Source: Bdellovibrionales bacterium (lineage in GTDB: Bacteria; Bdellovibrionota; Bdellovibrionia; Bdellovibrionales; UBA1609). From it: DNA of 41,564 nt. Positions 36,879 to 41,564 of this stretch are shown in pieces. Location: positions 1 through 41,564 of the forward strand of contig JBFWVI010000028.1 of the NCBI GenBank assembly GCA_050246815.1, in the 5' to 3' direction. The position numbers were made by a program, and so were the translations under genes. Numbering within the stretch: position 1 is the first letter of the stretch; the number at the start of each line of letters is the position of its first letter. The notes under the pieces were generated by a model, which saw only the letters and a program-made list of their open reading frames with translations, was not told where the DNA came from and ran no database searches.

Positions 36879-37772
36879 ATGGACCGTCACTGGTTGATTC
36901 AAGACAATTTTTTTTCGGCTGCGCAGGGACTACGTCGGCATTTTGACCGTCAATTTGCAAAACCGAGCCAAACCCACCAGGCCCGCTTTGTATGGGATTA
37001 CTGGCATGTGCCCAATCAATATAGCCTGCTGCGTACCCCGGCGTTTCATTATTTTCCTAAGGGGCTTTACCAACGTTGGCATCGACAACTGGTGCAGTGG
37101 GGGCGCGAGGTCCTGGGCTGCCATGATATTTCGCCACCCTGGCTAAGTTGTTACATCGATGGCTGCGAACAAGAACTGCATGCCGATCACCCCCATGGCC
37201 CCTGGGCTTTTGTATTTTCGCTGACACCCACAAAGGAGCGAGGATTTTCAGGCGGGGAAACTTGCCTGCTGCGTCCCGAGGTTTTGCGCGACTGGGCACA
37301 CGCTTCGGGCGACAGTCCCACCGAAAGCGATCAGCTGCTGGCCAAAATCGATCCGCGATTTAATCGCTTGGTGGTTTTTGACCCGCGCCTGCCTCATGGG
37401 GTCAGGCGTGTGCAGGGGACCCGTGATCCCAGACAGGGGCGTTTGGTGATGCATGGTTGGTTTGTGCAGCCGCGCCCGTTTTTCACGGGTCCTTTGCGCG
37501 AAACCCAAGTTCAACAAGTGCTTGGTGAGGGCCTAGAGCGTTATGGCAAAAGCGTGGCCGATATGTCTGTGGCGGGATATGTGAGCTTACGTTTGCAGAT
37601 CGGCATGAATGGCCGCGTGAGCCGCGTGAAACCCTTGACCAACACTTTGGTCGGGATGGCGCCCGAGGTTTCAAGGACGCATGCGCTTTTAAAACGGCAA
37701 ATTATGACTTGGCGCTTTCCAAAGGCGCGAAAAGGCACTCACTTGACCCTGCCTGTCCGCTTTGGAGCTTAA
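36879..37772 (+). CDS. 2OG-Fe(II) oxygenase with C-terminal TonB-C/AgmX-PglI-like domain
   Basis: HAD...H facial triad (ELHADH; LPHGV) and GRLVMHGW; C-terminal V.L.I..NG.V...WRFP...LPVRF. Confidence 0.8.
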   Translation: MDRHWLIQDNFFSAAQGLRRHFDRQFAKPSQTHQARFVWDYWHVPNQYSLLRTPAFHYFPKGLYQRWHRQLVQWGREVLGCHDISPPWLSCYIDGCEQELHADHPHGPWAFVFSLTPTKERGFSGGETCLLRPEVLRDWAHASGDSPTESDQLLAKIDPRFNRLVVFDPRLPHGVRRVQGTRDPRQGRLVMHGWFVQPRPFFTGPLRETQVQQVLGEGLERYGKSVADMSVAGYVSLRLQIGMNGRVSRVKPLTNTLVGMAPEVSRTHALLKRQIMTWRFPKARKGTHLTLPVRFGA

Positions 37773-37778
37773 GGATCT

Positions 37779-37807
37779 TTGACCACTTGTGACAATAGAC
37801 GTATGGT
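37779..37807 (+). promoter_or_regulatory. sigma70 promoter of kup, leaderless-type
   Basis: TTGACC-N17-TATGGT, 7 nt before ATG 37815, no SD. Confidence 0.6.
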
Positions 37808-37814
37808 CAACATA

Positions 37815-39704
37815 ATGGATGCCGATAAAACCCAACCAATCCTTGTGAAAGGCCTGATGCCGATGGCCATCGGTGCGTTGGGCGTGGTGTTTGGTGACAT
37901 CGGGACCTCACCGCTTTACGCCTTTAAAGAATGTTTCAATGCGCACTACGGCTTGTCGTTAACGCCAGACAATATCCTGGGTATTTTGTCGATTCTGTTT
38001 TGGACCCTGGTCTTGATCATCGGAATTAAATATATGTTGTTTATATTGGAGGCCGACAACCGCGGTGAGGGCGGCATTTTGGCCTTGATGGCGTTGGCCA
38101 CCATGGTAGGGCGCACTTCACGTTTGAATCGCTGGCTTTTGGTGCCGGTGGGTTTATTCGGTGCTGCTTTGCTCTACGGCGACGGCATGATCACGCCAGC
38201 CATCAGCGTGTTGTCCGCGGTCGAGGGGATTAAGGTCGCCACACCGCTCTTTGATCATTACGTACTTCCGATCACAATGGTTTTGCTGGTGGGTTTATTT
38301 TTGCTGCAGCGTCATGGCACGGGCCGCATTGGTTCGTTTTTTGGCCCCATTTTAGCTTTATGGTTTTTGACCATGGCCGTTTTAGGCGTACGTGGAATCC
38401 TAGATAACCCCAGCGTGCTGTACGCTTTCAATCCTCTTTACGCGATTCGCTTTTTTGCCAGCAATGGTGAACAAGGTTTTTTAGTTTTGAGTGCCGTATT
38501 TTTAGTGGTGACCGGCGGTGAGGCTCTTTACGCGGACATGGGCCATTTTGGTCGCCATCCGATCCGTTTGGTTTGGTTTGGTTTTGTGATGCCGGCCTTG
38601 GTGCTGAATTACTTCGGTCAAGGGGCCTTGTTGCTCAGTCGACCCGAGGCAATTGAAAACCCATTCTTCCTGCTGGCCCCGGGGGGCATGGTCATCGCGC
38701 TGGTGGTCTTGGCCACGATGGCTTCGATCATTGCTTCGCAGGCGTTGATCTCGGGCATTTTTTCCTTGGCCAAGCAGGCTATTCAGTTAGGTTATCTGCC
38801 TCGTCTGCGCATTATTCACACATCAAGTGCTGAAATCGGCCAAGTGTACGTGCCCTTTTTAAACTGGACTTTGCTCTTGGGTGTGCTTTGGTTGGTGATT
38901 TCATTCAAAAGCTCAAGCGCCATGGCTGCGGCGTATGGCATTGCCGTGACCGCGACGATGACCTGCACGACTTTTTTGGCGTTTGTGGTCGCACGACGAC
39001 TTTGGCATTGGCGTTGGTCCGCGGCATTGGCGTTTTTGTTGATTTTTCTGACGGTGGATTTGGTTTTCGTTGGCGCTTCGTTGTTTAAATTCATGGATGG
39101 CGGTTGGGTGCCACTAATGGTGAGTGCAGCGGCTTTCACTTTGATGACCACCTGGCAAAAGGGGCGCCGTATTTTGGTGTCCCATTTAAAATCGCGTTCA
39201 GTGCCGGTTGAGGAGTTTTTGAAAACGCTCGAAGAAAATCCCCCTGTGCGTGTGCCGGGCTCGGCAATTTATATGTCGGGTGATCCGTGGGGCGTGCCCA
39301 TCCCGCTACTGCATAATTTGAAACACAACAAAGTTATGCATCACAAGGTGGCGATATTGACCATCGCCACGCGTGAAGTGCCGTACTTTAAGCGCCACGA
39401 ACGAGTGCGCATCGAAACTTTGGCACCGAATTTTTATCGCATTTTCGCGGTTTTTGGTTTTATGGAAATTCCCAAGGTGCGCGAAATTCTGGCCGCATGC
39501 CAAGACAAGGGCTTTGAATTTGATGTCGATGCCACCACTTTTGTTTTGGGGCGAGAAACCATTATCCCGTCTGAAAGCCCGGGTATGTCGCTTTGGCGCG
39601 AGCATTTGTTTGCGTTGATGTCGCGAAATGCCCAGCGCCCCACGGCCTACTTTGACATCCCGGTGAATCAGGTGATCGAAGTGGGCATTCAGGTCGAAAT
39701 TTAG
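37815..39704 (+). CDS. kup: KUP/HAK/KT potassium transporter
   Basis: GVVFGDIGTSPLY, ADNRGEGGILAL, GDGMITPAISVLSAVEG, TGGEALYADMGHFG and AAAYGIAV motifs. Confidence 0.97.
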   Translation: MDADKTQPILVKGLMPMAIGALGVVFGDIGTSPLYAFKECFNAHYGLSLTPDNILGILSILFWTLVLIIGIKYMLFILEADNRGEGGILALMALATMVGRTSRLNRWLLVPVGLFGAALLYGDGMITPAISVLSAVEGIKVATPLFDHYVLPITMVLLVGLFLLQRHGTGRIGSFFGPILALWFLTMAVLGVRGILDNPSVLYAFNPLYAIRFFASNGEQGFLVLSAVFLVVTGGEALYADMGHFGRHPIRLVWFGFVMPALVLNYFGQGALLLSRPEAIENPFFLLAPGGMVIALVVLATMASIIASQALISGIFSLAKQAIQLGYLPRLRIIHTSSAEIGQVYVPFLNWTLLLGVLWLVISFKSSSAMAAAYGIAVTATMTCTTFLAFVVARRLWHWRWSAALAFLLIFLTVDLVFVGASLFKFMDGGWVPLMVSAAAFTLMTTWQKGRRILVSHLKSRSVPVEEFLKTLEENPPVRVPGSAIYMSGDPWGVPIPLLHNLKHNKVMHHKVAILTIATREVPYFKRHERVRIETLAPNFYRIFAVFGFMEIPKVREILAACQDKGFEFDVDATTFVLGRETIIPSESPGMSLWREHLFALMSRNAQRPTAYFDIPVNQVIEVGIQVEI

Positions 39705-39789
39705 AGTCGACACTGCCCCAGGATCTTGTCTTTTGATCAGTGGGCACTCTCATGCTAGCCTTAATAGCAAATTGTGGTGGGGATAAATC

Positions 39790-40728
39790 ATGTCATTTTA
39801 TTTTCCTGTGTATTTGCCTGCGTTTTTGATTTGTGCGTTTGCCATGGGGGCGGTGAGCTCTGACGCTGAACCTTTGGAGCCGTTTTGGTATGGATCAGTT
39901 TCACATTTAGAAACCAGCAAGGATTTTTTCTTCAGCCAAACCAATATTCGTTATCAAGAGTTGATTTGGAGTCCACAAGTTTTGCTGTCCAAAGGTAAGG
40001 CGAGACGAACCGAGTTCAGCTTTATACACGTGAACGCCGCTTACGAATTCAAAAAGGGTGACTACGATTGGATGGTGCGTCCAGGTTTGGCTTCGCGCAA
40101 CGCCGACAACAGCGTGAATTCACAAATGCTCGAGGGCGAGATCGCAGTTCAACGAACAATCGAAAGTACGCATCTGACGCTGCAAGGTGGTTATGTGTCC
40201 ATGGCCGAGCAGTTGCAGACGCCCATGACGGTTCAAGACTTTCTGCGCGGCCCTTACTTCCGCACCTCGGTGAAACAAGAAATCAGTAAAAGTTGGCGGG
40301 CGGATGTTTATCACGAAAGTTATTACCTGACCGATCAAAACCGCCGTTCGAACACCGGGGCCCAAGCTTTTTACGCCTTGGCCGATGGGCGCTTTCAACT
40401 ATGGCTGGGGTTAGGTGCTGACTTTTTAACCAACAGTGAATCTGAACATTCTTATTGGTCGCCCCGCGAGCAGCAAAGTTATGGACCGCGTTTGCGCCTT
40501 GCGACCCCGCTGTTTGGCCGACTTTCTTTTTCTAGCAATGCGCAAATGCACCACCAAAAAGACATCTCCAATGGTGAAAAGCTTGGTTACACCGTCAATG
40601 GCAAGTTCGTGTACGGTGGTGACGAATCCGCCAACGTCGAAATCGAGTTTGAAACCATCGAAGCGCAGCAGTACGGCATTTACTGGCGAAGCCAGTCGCT
40701 AAAATTGGCATTGTTGTGGCCCATCTAA
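39790..40728 (+). CDS. Putative outer-membrane beta-barrel protein
   Basis: Signal peptide, alternating amphipathic strands, aromatic residue near the C-terminus (LALLWPI). Confidence 0.6.
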   Translation: MSFYFPVYLPAFLICAFAMGAVSSDAEPLEPFWYGSVSHLETSKDFFFSQTNIRYQELIWSPQVLLSKGKARRTEFSFIHVNAAYEFKKGDYDWMVRPGLASRNADNSVNSQMLEGEIAVQRTIESTHLTLQGGYVSMAEQLQTPMTVQDFLRGPYFRTSVKQEISKSWRADVYHESYYLTDQNRRSNTGAQAFYALADGRFQLWLGLGADFLTNSESEHSYWSPREQQSYGPRLRLATPLFGRLSFSSNAQMHHQKDISNGEKLGYTVNGKFVYGGDESANVEIEFETIEAQQYGIYWRSQSLKLALLWPI

Positions 40729-40871
40729 GAATCCTGGTGATGTTCGATGCCGGATTGTCGCTTAATGTCGGTTGGGTAAGAGTTCGACAGGGACCTGGTC
40801 AGCACCACATTTAGTGCCTATAAAAACTCAGTTTATTCAAAAGGTTAAGGGGGCAGGCGAGGGCCAGTTGA

Positions 40872-40887
40872 CGGCATAAGAATTGAA
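40872..40887 (+). promoter_or_regulatory. sigma54-like promoter (variant -12)
   Basis: CGGCAT-AAGAA-TTGAA has correct spacing but TTGA instead of TTGC; 15 nt before ATG 40903. Confidence 0.35.
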
Positions 40888-40902
40888 AATCCATCGGCTG
40901 CT

Positions 40903-41564
40903 ATGTCACGGCTGATGATGATTCTTTTGATGATTTTGGCGTTGACCAGCTCTTCGTCGCTGGCGAAGTCGCCTAGTGACGCGGACTGCGATTCCGCCTT
41001 GACCCAGGCTCGCCAGCAGGCCGCCACTCTGGGCTCACGTGTGCTCATACGGGCCCCACAGCCCCCGGTTGCGCACCCCGACAGTATGTCGGCTCGCTTG
41101 AACTTAAAAGTCGTCAATGACGAGTGGCTGGATGCACCTCGTGCGGCGGGCTTAAACGAGGCTTTTGGTTTGCAGCACGGCGTTTCACCTATTTATTTCA
41201 TCGAAATCGATGTGAAAAAGGTGACCCGCCCAAATTTTCCAGGAGATATCGAAGAAGATTTTTACCATTTTTTGTTGGTCCATGGATATGTGGGGATCAC
41301 CAACCCCGATGGCGGGCCTGATCAGGTCAATTCTTTTTTGCATGACCTGGGAGATCATAGTGCGAGCTACGTGATTTTATCGCGTTCCCCCATGTGGCCC
41401 GTGGCGATTCGAATTTTAAAAGAAGCCCGGATAATTCAAAGAAAGTACCAGCACACAAGACCGACGATCAGCACCCTTGCAGAGGATATGAAAAAGGATA
41501 TTGCTTTGTTGTTTGAGATCAAAACCGGTCAAATTTCAGTTCGGGATCGAGGCAATTATTCCTC
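40903..41564 (+). CDS. Hypothetical secreted protein, truncated by the window end (absent from the ORF track)
   Basis: Hand translation gives MSRLMMILLMILALTSSSSLAKSPSDADCDSALTQ...FLHDLGDH..., open for about 220 codons to the edge. Confidence 0.8.
   Translation, partial: MSRLMMILLMILALTSSSSLAKSPSDADCDSALTQARQQAATLGSRVLIRAPQPPVAHPDSMSARLNLKVVNDEWLDAPRAAGLNEAFGLQHGVSPIYFIEIDVKKVTRPNFPGDIEEDFYHFLLVHGYVGITNPDGGPDQVNSFLHDLGDHSASYVILSRSPMWPVAIRILKEARIIQRKYQHTRPTISTLAEDMKKDIALLFEIKTGQISVRDRGNYS

Overview
Gene-dense bacterial chromosomal segment of roughly 50% GC. Its content (many signal-peptide and lipoprotein orphans, sigma28/sigma54-like promoters, a hemA-hemCD-hemL-HK-RR-hemE-hemN-hemY-hemH operon) is most consistent with a Bdellovibrionota-like predator; this is an inference, not a classification. 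Left to right it holds a four-helix-bundle gene with a heptamer-repeat tail, an orphan AcrB-type RND permease, secreted and lipoprotein orphans (DUF2799-like, COG3014-like, matrixin, kinase-like), olsB/olsA-like acyltransferases, Hsp20, an M4-like HEXXH peptidase, aguB/aguA, a 1540-aa orphan, an alpha/beta-hydrolase-coiled-coil protein between two probably paralogous lipoproteins, the heme operon, Hpt, a 2OG-Fe(II) oxygenase, kup, a beta-barrel-like protein and a truncated secreted ORF. The main observations are three. (1) Five unrelated secreted, effector-like proteins share a terminal C-[DE]-x-x-L tag, a candidate undescribed sorting signal. (2) A Leptospira-like HemKR system is present with a HemR-type box at the hemA promoter, while hemB is missing from the operon. 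(3) The heptamer array next to the four-helix-bundle gene has a related stand-alone copy 10 kb away. No rRNA, tRNA, CRISPR or transposase was seen. All family assignments come from motif recognition by eye, not database searches.
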